Source: Gammaproteobacteria bacterium
GTDB taxonomy: Bacteria; Pseudomonadota; Gammaproteobacteria; Xanthomonadales; SZUA-5
Assembly (NCBI GenBank): GCA_030430155.1
Contig: JAUIFV010000004.1
Coordinates: 172 to 64,171 of the forward strand
DNA: 64,000 nucleotides
Direction: 5' to 3'
In this document: piece by piece, positions 27,481 through 36,867 of the stretch
Layout: each line of letters opens with the position of its first letter
Numbering within the stretch: the stretch's first letter is position 1
Made by a program: the position numbers and the translations under genes
Notes under the pieces: generated by a model
What the model saw: only the letters and a program-made list of their open reading frames with translations
Told to the model about the DNA's origin: nothing
The model's database searches: none

Positions 27481-29175
27481 CTACGCCGCTACCGACGCCA
27501 CCTTGGCGGCGCTGTTGAACTGCAGTCGCTTGACCATGCGCAGCACATTGCCCTGGCCCTGCTCTGGTTTTTCAAAGCCCCATTCATCCATCACCATGTC
27601 AATCAGATTGACCCCCAGGCCCCCTGGGCGGCACTGGTTCAAATCGCGCGGCTTGATCGCCTCGGCATCGACCGCCTTGGCCCAATCGCGCAGCACGAAC
27701 TCCACTGCGTCGCCGCGGCGCCAGATGTCCAGACTCATGCGTCCGCCCGGATCGCCCTGATAGGCATGCCGGATCACGTTGGCGGTGGCCTCGTCGATAG
27801 CCAGTACCACCCGCTGGCGAACTTCGGTGGGCACCGTCAGCGCGGTGAGCTGGCGGTCCACGGTTTTGCGCACCAGGCGCAGGCATTCGGCGTCGCAGCA
27901 GATACTGATGCCGCCCAGATACTGTGCCTCCTCGCCATTCTCCTCCACCAGCATCAGCGTGGTGTCGTCGGCCAGCTGCATCCGCCGCAGCTGCGAGACC
28001 AGACCGCGCAGCCGAGCTCTGGGGCTCAGCTCCACCACCGCATCGATCAGTTCCTGGAAGCCCTCGATGCCGATGGTCTCGCTTTCTCCGGCGCGCACGT
28101 CGGTTGCGCCGTCGCTGAAGATGTAGGCACTGCCATCGCCCAGGAAGGCGCGATTGCTGGGGTAGTCGATGCCCGGCAGGATGCCCAGCGGCGGGCCGTC
28201 GGCAATGATCTGCTGAAAGCTGCCGTCCGGCTTGCGCAGCAGCAGCGGCGGCAGGCCGCCATTGGACCATTCCAGTACGCCGCTGATCGGATCGTAGTAG
28301 CCGGCCAGCACGCAAACGAAGCGGCCGCCGGTGACCGTCGTGCAGATCTCGTCATTGACCCGCTTCAGCCACAGATCCGGCGGCGTGCCTTCCTTGCCGG
28401 CCCAGCGCAACAGCGAGGAGGCGCGCACCATCAGCAGCGCTGCGTCCATGCCCTTGCCGGAGACGTCGCCGACGCAAAAGGCGACTCGTCCGTCGGGCAG
28501 GGTGAAGTGATCGTAGAAGTCGCCGGAAATCTCCCGCGCGGGCAGATTGATACCCACCACCGGGCAGTCCTTCTCGCGCTTGGGCAGCAGGTCCTTTTGC
28601 ATCTGTCTGGCGAGTTGGAACTCGCGGCGGATGCGCTCCTGCTCCATCAAATCCTCGGCCAGCCGGGCATTGGATAGGGCCAGCGTGGTAGGCACGGCAA
28701 GCAGGCGCAGGATGTCGCGGTCGTGATCGTTGAACAACTCGCCGCCGCGCTTGTTGAGCACCTGCAGAGCGCCGATCGCGCCTTCACCGCTGGTCAGCGG
28801 TGCGCACAATATCGAGCGGGTGACGAAGCCGCCGACGTCGCCGGCGTGGTCGGCATCGGTCTCCACGTTCTGCACCAGCTGCACCTTGTTCTGCTTGATC
28901 GCGCGGCCGACGATGCCGCGCCCTTTGGGCACGCGCAGGCCGGTGACATCGACCGGGCCGAAGCAGGCGCGACAGACCAACTCGCCCTTGGAGCCGTCGA
29001 TCAAGAACAGCGCCGCCGCTTCGGCGTTCATGTGCGCGGCGATCTGCTCCACGGCCTGGCGCACGGTCTGATTGACATCCAGCGTGGTGGCGAAGGCCTG
29101 GGAAAAGTCGGCCAGCACCGCGACTTCATCAGAGCCAATGCCCTGTGCCACGGCGGCGACTTTGGCCGTACTCAC
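27481..29175 (-). CDS. GAF - SpoIIE/PP2C phosphatase - RsbW-like kinase fusion
   Basis: GAF (GIVG, SILCAPL, LNKRGGELF..D); PP2C (SGDFYD, GDVSGKG, FSDG, DDTT); HATPase (DEATANVIRHAY, PGGLG); GTGA overlap with pssA. Confidence 0.88.
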   Translation of the reverse strand: MSTAKVAAVAQGIGSDEVAVLADFSQAFATTLDVNQTVRQAVEQIAAHMNAEAAALFLIDGSKGELVCRACFGPVDVTGLRVPKGRGIVGRAIKQNKVQLVQNVETDADHAGDVGGFVTRSILCAPLTSGEGAIGALQVLNKRGGELFNDHDRDILRLLAVPTTLALSNARLAEDLMEQERIRREFQLARQMQKDLLPKREKDCPVVGINLPAREISGDFYDHFTLPDGRVAFCVGDVSGKGMDAALLMVRASSLLRWAGKEGTPPDLWLKRVNDEICTTVTGGRFVCVLAGYYDPISGVLEWSNGGLPPLLLRKPDGSFQQIIADGPPLGILPGIDYPSNRAFLGDGSAYIFSDGATDVRAGESETIGIEGFQELIDAVVELSPRARLRGLVSQLRRMQLADDTTLMLVEENGEEAQYLGGISICCDAECLRLVRKTVDRQLTALTVPTEVRQRVVLAIDEATANVIRHAYQGDPGGRMSLDIWRRGDAVEFVLRDWAKAVDAEAIKPRDLNQCRPGGLGVNLIDMVMDEWGFEKPEQGQGNVLRMVKRLQFNSAAKVASVAA

Positions 29176-30008
29176 TGCGAGTCCTCGGCCGCTGAGCGCG
29201 GCGTCTCCTCGCCGCTGTCAGCGTCCCTGTTGGCAGCGCTGTGCTCCCAAACCTGCCGTCGCTGGCGACGGCGCAGGCGCCGCCACAGCCACCAGACCGG
29301 TCCGGAAGCGGCGTAGATCAAGGACAGCGTGAGCAGCACATTGGGCGGATGCGCGGCGAGCAGTGCCAGAGCCACCACCGCCACCAGGATCCACAAAAAG
29401 CGCACCCGCTCCGGCCACACCTTGAAGCTGTAGTAGGGCAGTCGAGTGACCATGGCCAGCGCCAGCCCGGTGGTCAGCAGCGGCGTCAGCCAGACCAGCG
29501 CGCGGCGATCTCCGCCGAAATCCTCCACCGCCCAGACCAGCGCCATCAGCGTGCCGGCTGCGGCCGGACTGGCCAGTCCCTGGAAGAAATGCTTATCCAC
29601 CTTGCCCGCATTGGTGTTGAAGCGGGCCAGGCGCAGCGCCGCGCAGGCAGCGTAGACGAACGCCACCAGCCAGCCCACCTTGCCCCAGAAATCGCCGTAG
29701 GCCTTCAGTCCCGACAGCGACCAGCTGTAGATCACCAGGGCCGGCGCCAGACCGAAGCTGACCAGATCGGAAAGGCTGTCATATTGAATGCCGAACTCGC
29801 TCTGGGTGTTGGTCAGACGAGCGATGCGGCCATCCAGGCCGTCGAGCAGCCCGGCGATAAAAACCGCTACCGCGGCGGTAACGAAATGGCCGTTGAAACC
29901 GGCGATGATGGCGTAGAAGCCGGCAAACATGGCGCCGGTGGTAAACAGATTGGGGAGCAAATAGATTGCTCCGGAGCGGCGCATCCGTTGTTCCACTGAA
30001 TCACCCAT
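29172..30008 (-). CDS. pssA: CDP-diacylglycerol-serine O-phosphatidyltransferase
   Basis: YLLPNLFT, DGLDGRIAR...FG.QYDSLSD, ALRLARFN, FQGL. Confidence 0.93.
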   Translation of the reverse strand: MGDSVEQRMRRSGAIYLLPNLFTTGAMFAGFYAIIAGFNGHFVTAAVAVFIAGLLDGLDGRIARLTNTQSEFGIQYDSLSDLVSFGLAPALVIYSWSLSGLKAYGDFWGKVGWLVAFVYAACAALRLARFNTNAGKVDKHFFQGLASPAAAGTLMALVWAVEDFGGDRRALVWLTPLLTTGLALAMVTRLPYYSFKVWPERVRFLWILVAVVALALLAAHPPNVLLTLSLIYAASGPVWWLWRRLRRRQRRQVWEHSAANRDADSGEETPRSAAEDSQ

Positions 30009-30195
30009 CGCTGACCTGTGGCTGCCTGGATCGGAGCGGCATTGTAGCTTGGATGGACGCCAGCATCGTCGATGGGCGTGCTCTCCGAGCGCCCATGGGT
30101 TCCGCGCTCCCGGTCGCAATCGGAGCAACCCTGCCTTGCCGATGCATTCATTGGGGCGCATCCTTAGGGAAGTCTCGGTGTACAGGAGAGTTTCG

Positions 30196-30591
30196 ATGAC
30201 TATTCGTGTCCTTGCCATCGCGTTGGCGGTCTGCGCCGCCGGTCCACTTGCTGCCGAACAGATTTACAAGTGGAAGGACGCCTCCGGGGCGACCGTGTTC
30301 TCCAAGACCCCGCCACCTGAAGGCGAAGAATCCGAACAGCTGACCCTGCGCCAGCCGCCGCCAGTGCCGGCACCGCCGGAAGAAAATGCGGCCGGGCCCG
30401 CAGCCGAGCGCGCGGCCGCTTGCGAAGCGGCGCGGCAGAATCTGGACACGCTGCGCGACAACCCGGTGGTCGAAGTGCAGCAGGCCGACGGCAGTCGCCG
30501 TACCCTGGGCACTGACGAACGCGAAGTGATGCGTGCTGCCGAGGAAAAGCGGGTGGAGATGTTCTGCGGCGACGACGCGGCCGAGCCGTAG
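30196..30591 (+). CDS. DUF4124 domain secreted protein
   Basis: Signal peptide then IYKWKDASG.TVFS.TPP; C-terminal Cys pair. Confidence 0.8.
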   Translation: MTIRVLAIALAVCAAGPLAAEQIYKWKDASGATVFSKTPPPEGEESEQLTLRQPPPVPAPPEENAAGPAAERAAACEAARQNLDTLRDNPVVEVQQADGSRRTLGTDEREVMRAAEEKRVEMFCGDDAAEP

Positions 30592-30633
30592 GGTCTTTCA
30601 TTAGCGGAATTACTGAATACGCGCCTTGGACCG

Positions 30634-30978
30634 ATGCGTACTCTAGGCTGGTTGCTGGCAATACTGCTGATCGCTGCGCTTGGCTTGCTGGCGCTGCTGC
30701 GCTGGCAACCGCAGCTGGTCCCGGCCGCGATCAGCGCAAGCGTCCCCCAGGCCATAGTCGACGCTGTGCACGCTGAGCCGGGCGCAGCACAGCAGAACGG
30801 CGAATCACCGGGTGAGCCCGCCGATCCAGCTCAGGGACCGAAGATCTACGCCTGGAAAGATGACCAGGGGCGCTGGAACTACACCGACACCCCGCCCACC
30901 GATCGCCCCTATGAGACCCGCCAATACCGCGAAGACGTCAACGTGGTCCCTGCCTACTCGCCAGATCCGGACGGCTGA
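30634..30978 (+). CDS. DUF4124 domain membrane-anchored protein
   Basis: N-terminal TM; IYAWKDDQGRWNYTDTPP. Confidence 0.8.
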   Translation: MRTLGWLLAILLIAALGLLALLRWQPQLVPAAISASVPQAIVDAVHAEPGAAQQNGESPGEPADPAQGPKIYAWKDDQGRWNYTDTPPTDRPYETRQYREDVNVVPAYSPDPDG

Positions 30979-31008
30979 GTAACTCCACAGACCGTCAGCC
31001 CCAATCCT

Positions 31009-31137
31009 TTGCACTATGCAACGGCGTGCTTGCATCGGGCGTGCATCGCGCAAGATCAGCGGCTGTCAGGCGACCATTTGAGACGCGGCGAAAGCGCATG
31101 GCAATGCGGTTTGCGACCAGTTGGCACGCGACTTGGA
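31009..31137 (+). promoter_or_regulatory. sigma54-type promoter with upstream palindromic activator sites
   Basis: TGGCACGCGACTTGGA at 31122-31137; TTGCACTATGCAA at 31009 and TGCATCGCGCA at 31042. Confidence 0.65.
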
Positions 31138-31200
31138 AGAGTTCTGGTGAGCGACGACTTCACTGTCGCCTTAGAACTCGAAGCAACCAAGGAGCGAATC

Positions 31201-32013
31201 ATGAAAAACAACAGCCTTCGCAATCTGACTGCCGCAATCGCTATCGCCTTCGCCGGCAGCGCCGTCGCCGGGGAATCCAATCTGTCGCAGGACATCAGCG
31301 ATGCCCGCTACGAGGCGCAGATCTGGACCACCTACGGATTCAACCCGCACCTGCGCGCGCTGGATCTGAGCGTCGAGGTCAACGGCAGCACCGCCGTATT
31401 GAGCGGCACCGTGGACACCGACGTGGCCCGCGATCTGGCTGAGCAGATCGCCCTCGGCACCGACGGCGTCGACAAGGTCGACAACCGGATCAAGGTCGAC
31501 AACGACTTCGTCGCCCAGGCTGCCGATACCGACAGCAGCAAGCGCCCCTTCGGCACCTACGTCGAGGACGCGACCATCACCGCGTCGGTGAAATCCAAGC
31601 TGATGTGGAATGACCACACCGATGGCCTGGAGATCAACGTCGACACGCTCTACGGCAATGTCACCCTGAGCGGCACCGCCGACAGCGCGGCCGCAATGGA
31701 ACTGGCTGAACGGCTGGCCGCCAATACTGACGGCGTGCGCTCGGTGGACAACCGTCTGAGCATCGATGCCAACCAGCCCACGCGTGAGATTGCCGGTACC
31801 GCCAGTGACGCCTGGATCACCAGCAAGGTGAAGTCGACGCTGCTGTTCTCCAGCAACGTTGACGGCCTGGACATCGACGTCGACACCAACAACGGCGTGG
31901 TGACGCTGAGCGGTGAGGTCGACAGCGGCGCCGAGCGTGACCTGGCCATCGAGCTGGCCGGCAACATCCGCGGCGTCAAGAACGTCGACGCCAGCGCACT
32001 GCGCTCCAGCTAA
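31201..32013 (+). CDS. BON domain protein (OsmY-like, three BON domains)
   Basis: Signal peptide; three repeats of D..IT..VK.L...G.V.LSG.V...GV..VDN. Confidence 0.92.
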   Translation: MKNNSLRNLTAAIAIAFAGSAVAGESNLSQDISDARYEAQIWTTYGFNPHLRALDLSVEVNGSTAVLSGTVDTDVARDLAEQIALGTDGVDKVDNRIKVDNDFVAQAADTDSSKRPFGTYVEDATITASVKSKLMWNDHTDGLEINVDTLYGNVTLSGTADSAAAMELAERLAANTDGVRSVDNRLSIDANQPTREIAGTASDAWITSKVKSTLLFSSNVDGLDIDVDTNNGVVTLSGEVDSGAERDLAIELAGNIRGVKNVDASALRSS

Positions 32014-32019
32014 CGCGCA

Positions 32020-32060
32020 GTGCCCCCTCGCCCGGCGCCCTTGGTGCCGGGCGAGTGGCA
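32020..32060 (+). terminator. GC-rich hairpin after the BON gene (stabiliser or terminator; no U-tract)
   Basis: GTGCC..CTCGCCCGGCGCC/GGTGCCGGGCGAG.GGCAC stem. Confidence 0.4.
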
Positions 32061-32104
32061 CCTATCGCACCTTCTGACCATTAACCGATGCAAGGAGCAA
32101 GACT

Positions 32105-32551
32105 ATGAGTGACTACAACACCACGCTTCGCGAGCTGATCCAGATCGCCAACGACGGCGCCGAGTTCTACGCCGACGCTGCCGAGCAGGTCAGCAATCCG
32201 CGCCTGGTTGAGCTGTTCCGCCGCATGGGCTCGCACAAGCGCGTGCTCAGCGCCGCGCTGGCCGCCAAGCTGCAGGCCAGCGGCGAGCAGATTCCGGAAT
32301 CCGGCACCGTCGCCGGGACCCTGCGCAAGGTCTACACCGACCTGCGCGCCAGCCTGTCCAGCAATGACGAGGCGATCTACGTCTCCCAGTTGGAAGAAAC
32401 CGAGGATCGATTGCTGCACCACTTCGAAGACGCCTTGGCGCAAAGCACTGATGTGTCCCTGCGCAGCACGCTGCAGATCCACATGCCCAAGGTCCGCGCC
32501 TGTCACGACGAGATGCGCAACTGGAAGCAATACCTCAAGGACGCCGCCTGA
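32105..32551 (+). CDS. PA2169 family four-helix-bundle protein (DUF2383)
   Basis: L.ELI....DG.EFY, GT.AG.L...Y.DL, LEETEDRLL. Confidence 0.85.
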   Translation: MSDYNTTLRELIQIANDGAEFYADAAEQVSNPRLVELFRRMGSHKRVLSAALAAKLQASGEQIPESGTVAGTLRKVYTDLRASLSSNDEAIYVSQLEETEDRLLHHFEDALAQSTDVSLRSTLQIHMPKVRACHDEMRNWKQYLKDAA

Positions 32552-32596
32552 ACGGCGTCTTCGCTCCCCAATTCATTCAACGCAAGGAGTATCCAC

Positions 32597-32794
32597 ATGA
32601 ACAAGGACATCATTGAAGGCAAGTGGAGCCAGCTCAAGGGCCGCATGCGCGAGCAGTGGGGCAAGCTCACTGACGACGATCTGGACGTCGCCGAAGGCAA
32701 TTCCGACTACCTCGCCGGCAAGCTGCAGGAGCGCTACGGCATGGCGCGAGACAAGGTGAAGGAGCAGATCCGCGCCTTCGAGAATTCGATCTGA
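32597..32794 (+). CDS. CsbD family stress protein
   Basis: [15 protein letters not shown]...WGKLTDDDL...GKLQERYG. Confidence 0.93.
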   Translation: MNKDIIEGKWSQLKGRMREQWGKLTDDDLDVAEGNSDYLAGKLQERYGMARDKVKEQIRAFENSI

Positions 32795-32963
32795 TCACAA
32801 CCCGGCCCCAGCGATCAGGACGGCTGCGCCCGCGGGCGCGGCCGTCCGCTGGTCGGGTCATCCGATGAGCCTTTTGCACGGCCGCAGCAGAACGCTGATC
32901 AGATTGCCCAATCAACGACGCACCGAGCAGCAGGCAGCGCTCGGCGCGACTCCCGGAGTCGAT

Positions 32964-34181
32964 ATGAGCGCCGAAACGCACAGTGCAAGCAAACTTCCAA
33001 CCCAGACCCGGGATAGCGACGCCGCCAATGTCCCGGCCAGTCAGACCGGCCCGGCACTGTCCTCGGCCTTGGGCCTGCTTTGGCCGCGTGCTTCGGTCGC
33101 GGTGTGGATCATGGCCAGCATTGCCGCGCTGTACTTCGCCCATTGGGCGCAGCCGCTGCTGGTTCCGCTGCTGCTCGCCGTCCTGCTCGCCCTGGTGCTG
33201 GCGCCAGCGGTGCGTTTGCTATGCGGCTGGTACATTCCGCGGACGCTGGCCGCGCTGTTGGTGGTGATCGGTACTATCGGGGCCTTCAGCAGCGGCGTTG
33301 CCTTGCTATCGGCGCCCGCCGCCGAGTGGGTGGAGCGAGCGCCGCGCGCCATCAAGCGCCTGGAGCGTGAGCTGCGCGATGTGCGCGAGCCCATCGAAGC
33401 GGCCAGCGCGGCCACCGAGAAACTGATCAATGGCGCCAGCGCCGCGCCCACCCCTTCGCCGCTGGCGGCCGGTACTTCCAACGTACTCTCCGACCTCATT
33501 GCCGAGGCGCCAGCGACCATGACCGCCCTGGTTGCGGTGGTATTCCTGGTCTTCCTGATGCTCGCCCACGGCGAGCGCATGCTGCGCAAGTGCGTCGTGC
33601 TGATGCCCAGCTTTTCCGCCAAGAAGGATCTGGTCGGTGTCGTCCGAGACGCCCAGTTCGAGCTGTCGCGCTACCTGCTGACCATCACTCTGATCAACCT
33701 GGGCTTGGGCGCGGCGACCGCGCTGGCGCTGCATCTGGTCGGCATCGACGACGCCATATTGTTCGGCTGCGTCGCCGCGCTGCTCAACTTTGCACCCTAC
33801 GTGGGCGCCTTTGTCACCGCCGCACTGTTGCTGCTGGCCGGTTTTGCCGAGCAGTCGACGCTGGAGGGCGCGCTGGTCGCGCCGGGCGTGTTTGTCACCC
33901 TGAACCTGATCGAGGGACAGGTGATCTCGCCGCTACTGGTAGGCCGTCGATTGCAGCTTGACCCGGTGCTGATCCTGCTCAGCCTCCTCGTCCTCGGCTG
34001 GCTTTGGGGCGTTTCCGGGTTGTTGATTGCGGTGCCCTTGCTGACCGCGATGCGAGTGCTGGCTCAGCGTATCGACCGCAGTGGGCGATGGGCCATACTG
34101 TTGGGCGATGTGGCCAGCGGCGAGGCGCGCGCGCCGCTATTGATCGGTGAAGTGAACAAACAGGAGCAACGGGCCCGGTGA
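32964..34181 (+). CDS. AI-2E family transporter
   Basis: SRYLLTITLIN, LLNFAPYVG, IEGQVISP, LWGVSG..IAVP. Confidence 0.9.
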   Translation: MSAETHSASKLPTQTRDSDAANVPASQTGPALSSALGLLWPRASVAVWIMASIAALYFAHWAQPLLVPLLLAVLLALVLAPAVRLLCGWYIPRTLAALLVVIGTIGAFSSGVALLSAPAAEWVERAPRAIKRLERELRDVREPIEAASAATEKLINGASAAPTPSPLAAGTSNVLSDLIAEAPATMTALVAVVFLVFLMLAHGERMLRKCVVLMPSFSAKKDLVGVVRDAQFELSRYLLTITLINLGLGAATALALHLVGIDDAILFGCVAALLNFAPYVGAFVTAALLLLAGFAEQSTLEGALVAPGVFVTLNLIEGQVISPLLVGRRLQLDPVLILLSLLVLGWLWGVSGLLIAVPLLTAMRVLAQRIDRSGRWAILLGDVASGEARAPLLIGEVNKQEQRAR

Positions 34182-35536
34182 GCAACAAGAAGAACGCGGT
34201 CGGTATGGTGCTGCTGGTCGACGACGACCCAGGCCTGATTGAAGGATTCCGTTTCGCGCTGGAAGACGCCGGTCACAGCGTGGTTTCGGCGATGGATGCC
34301 GCTGACGCCAAGACCCAGTGCGGGCGCTGCGATTTCGCCGTCTGCCTGCTCGATGTGATGCTCGGCGCCGACAGCGGCTTGGATCTGTTGCCGCAGCTGC
34401 GCGAAATGGCGCCGCAGATGCGCATCGTCATGGTCAGCGCCGAAAGCGATCTGGAGACCGCCTTTGCCGCCTTCGAAGGCGGCGCGGTGGATTATCTGGT
34501 CAAGCCCTGCTCGCCGGAACAGCTGCAGATCGCCGTTGCCCGGCAGCTGGAGCTGCGCCAGCTGACTACCCGGGTGGAGAGCCTGGAGAAGCAGGTGCGC
34601 CAGCCTGGCGACGCCGATCTGGACACCAAATCGGCCGCCATGCATACCGCCATTGAGCTGGCCAAGCAGGTGGCCGACACCGACGCCAATGTGCTGATAC
34701 TGGGCGAGAACGGTACCGGCAAGGGCGTCTTGGCGCGCGCCATACACCGTTGGAGCAAGCGCTCGGCGGCCGAGCTGGTCACCATCAACTGCCCCTCACT
34801 GTCGGCCGAGCTGCTGGAGAGCGAGCTCTTCGGTCACAACAAGGGGGCCTTCACCGGCGCCGTGCAGGCCAACGCTGGGCGCGTCGCGCAGGCCGCTGGC
34901 GGCACCCTGTTTCTGGACGAGATTGGTGACTTCCCCTTAAGTCTGCAGCCCAAACTGCTGCGCTTCATACAGGACAAGGAGTACGAGCGAGTCGGCGATC
35001 CGGTCACCCGCAAGGCCGACGTGCGTTTGCTCGCCGCCACCAACGCGGATCTGCAGAGCATGTCCAAAGACGGCCGCTTCAGACAGGACCTCTACTACCG
35101 CCTCAACGTGATCAGCATCACCTTGCCGGCGCTGCGCGAGCGTCGCGAGGACATTCCCGATCTGGCCATGCGTTTGCTGCAGCGTTTCGCCAAGGACTAT
35201 GCGCGACCGGCGCGCGGCTTTTCCGACGAGGCGATCACCCTGATGCAGCGTCACGACTGGCCCGGCAACGTGCGTGAGCTGCAGAACGCAGTGGAGCGGG
35301 CGGTCATCCTCACTCCGGAAGAGACCATCGGCAGTGCCGCATTGGGCCTGGCGGCCGCCAGCGATAGTGCCGCCGCACCGTCGTTGATTGGCAGCGACAT
35401 CAGTCTGGAGGAGTTGGAAAGGCTGCATCTGACCCAAGTGCTGGAACGCTCCGAGACGCTCGACAGCGCCGCGCGCACGCTGGGGATCGACGCCTCCACG
35501 CTGTATCGCAAGCGCAAGGCCTACGGGCTGGGCTAA
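34178..35536 (+). CDS. sigma54-dependent response regulator, AlgB-like (REC-AAA+-HTH)
   Basis: DYLVKPCSPEQL, GENGTGK, INCPSL, GAFTGA, FPLSLQPKLLRFIQDKEYERVGDP closely resemble Pseudomonas AlgB; Fis-type HTH. Confidence 0.9.
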   Translation: MSNKKNAVGMVLLVDDDPGLIEGFRFALEDAGHSVVSAMDAADAKTQCGRCDFAVCLLDVMLGADSGLDLLPQLREMAPQMRIVMVSAESDLETAFAAFEGGAVDYLVKPCSPEQLQIAVARQLELRQLTTRVESLEKQVRQPGDADLDTKSAAMHTAIELAKQVADTDANVLILGENGTGKGVLARAIHRWSKRSAAELVTINCPSLSAELLESELFGHNKGAFTGAVQANAGRVAQAAGGTLFLDEIGDFPLSLQPKLLRFIQDKEYERVGDPVTRKADVRLLAATNADLQSMSKDGRFRQDLYYRLNVISITLPALRERREDIPDLAMRLLQRFAKDYARPARGFSDEAITLMQRHDWPGNVRELQNAVERAVILTPEETIGSAALGLAAASDSAAAPSLIGSDISLEELERLHLTQVLERSETLDSAARTLGIDASTLYRKRKAYGLG

Positions 35537-35671
35537 GTCAGGATTCGGCTACCGCTGCCGCCTTCGATCCGTTGTCGCGTGAACCGCTCTCCACCATCGA
35601 CTCGACGTAGTGCTCACCTCTGGTCGGTCTTCGCATCCGTGGACCGCCCCCTCGCAACGAACATTCATGAC
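35537..35671. mobile_element. Degenerate copy of the structured MITE-like element
   Basis: TCGACTCGACGTAGTG core, TCCGTGGACCGC, and right end GCAACGAACATTCATGA similar to GCTACGAACGTTCATGA of copy 1. Confidence 0.5.
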
Positions 35672-35688
35672 AGTCAGGCTTGGCCACC

Positions 35689-35814
35689 ATGCAGTCTGCA
35701 TGATCACGTCCACGCTTTGTCGTGCGCTACACCAGCAAGTGTGCGCCTGATTCCTCGGGTTGGATCATAGGTTATTGATTTTTCGTGTTTTATAGAGCTG
35801 GCACGAAATCTGGA
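35689..35814 (+). promoter_or_regulatory. sigma54-type promoter with activator site and IHF-like site
   Basis: ATGCAGTCTGCAT at 35689; minus-strand AATCAATAACCTA at ~35768-35780; TGGCACGAAATCTGGA at 35799. Confidence 0.65.
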
Positions 35815-35864
35815 ACAGCACAGGCGAGCCGATAGGCGCTCGTACTACCTCGAAGGATTCAGCC

Positions 35865-36029
35865 ATGCTGCATTACGCGATCGTGTTTCTGATCATTGCC
35901 CTAGTCGCCGCCGTTCTGGGATTCGGTGGCCTCGCCGGCGCCGCAACCTCCATAGCCAAGATCCTGTTCCTGGTCTTCCTGGTGCTGTTCGTGGCTTCGC
36001 TGATCTTCGGCCGCAGGGCACGACTTTAG
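35865..36029 (+). CDS. DUF1328 (YtjA-like) small membrane protein; absent from the ORF track
   Basis: Hand translation [54 protein letters not shown]; AAGGA RBS. Confidence 0.92.
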   Translation: MLHYAIVFLIIALVAAVLGFGGLAGAATSIAKILFLVFLVLFVASLIFGRRARL

Positions 36030-36039
36030 GAGACTGCAC

Positions 36040-36180
36040 ATGTTGATGACCGCGAAGAAACTAGCCTGTCTGCTGATCGTTGCCGTCGCCCTTTGCGGCT
36101 TGAGCGGATGCAACACGATCCAGGGCCTCGGCAAGGACATCGAACGAGCTGGCGAAGAAATTCAGGACGGGGCGGATTGA
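36040..36180 (+). CDS. Entericidin EcnA/B family lipoprotein; absent from the ORF track
   Basis: Hand translation MLMTAKKLACLLIVAVALCGLSGCNTIQGLGKDIERAGEEIQDGAD; lipobox LSGC, CNT..G.GKD; AGGAG RBS. Confidence 0.9.
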   Translation: MLMTAKKLACLLIVAVALCGLSGCNTIQGLGKDIERAGEEIQDGAD

Positions 36181-36194
36181 TCCGTCCTGAGTAA

Positions 36195-36227
36195 TCCCGG
36201 GGCCGATTCAAGCCCCCGGCCCCGGGA
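36195..36227 (+). terminator. Hairpin after the entericidin gene
   Basis: TCCCGGGGCCG ... CGGCCCCGGGA perfect stem, no U-tract. Confidence 0.4.
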
Positions 36228-36239
36228 CCTGGAGGAGTA

Positions 36240-36767
36240 ATGAATAGCGTGGTTTGGACAAGCAAGGAAGAGTCGTCGTCAGCCCCAGCGGAGCGGTCTA
36301 CGCCGCTGCGCTGGGGATGGCTGTTGTTTTGGCTCGCTGCCGTGGCGATCGTGGCGGTAGGCGGTGCGCAGTTCGCGCCTGACGCCTGGTATCAGTCGTT
36401 GCGCAAGCCGTCGTTCAACCCCCCGGCTGCGATCTTCGGGCCGGTTTGGACGGTGCTGTATCTGTTGATGGCGATCGCCGCGTGGCTGGTGGCCAGACAG
36501 GTGCAGGTGGGCGCCAGGCTGCGTCGTCGAGCGCTGTGGTTGATGGGCCTGCAGCTGCTGCTCAATGGACTGTGGAGTCCGCTGTTCTTCGGTCTGCACA
36601 GCCCTGCGTTGGCTTTTGTGGACATCAGCGCGCTGTGGATCGCGCTGGTCGCCACCATTGCCAGCTTTGCTTCCGTCCGACCTTTGGCAGCCTGGCTGCT
36701 GGTGCCCTATCTGCTTTGGGTCAGCTTTGCATTGGTGCTCAACGGCTCGATCTGGCTGATGAACTGA
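36240..36767 (+). CDS. tspO: TspO/MBR family protein
   Basis: WYQSLRKPSFNPP..IFGPVWTVLY, LN.LWSPLFF, PYLLWVSFA..LN. Confidence 0.92.
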   Translation: MNSVVWTSKEESSSAPAERSTPLRWGWLLFWLAAVAIVAVGGAQFAPDAWYQSLRKPSFNPPAAIFGPVWTVLYLLMAIAAWLVARQVQVGARLRRRALWLMGLQLLLNGLWSPLFFGLHSPALAFVDISALWIALVATIASFASVRPLAAWLLVPYLLWVSFALVLNGSIWLMN

Positions 36768-36867
36768 CTGCGCATCGTCGGCGCCACACCAGTGGCTAAA
36801 TTGAACCCGGCGCCGCGCCGGCTGAACTGATCGCATAGAATCCGGCGCAGCTGGGGAGGGCGCGTTG

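Noticed and set aside
34178-35536. Alginate biosynthesis implied by AlgB-like and AlgC-like genes
   Set aside because: No algD or other alginate genes in the window; neighbours are stress genes
36040-36180. Entericidin toxin-antitoxin pair
   Set aside because: Only one entericidin gene is present
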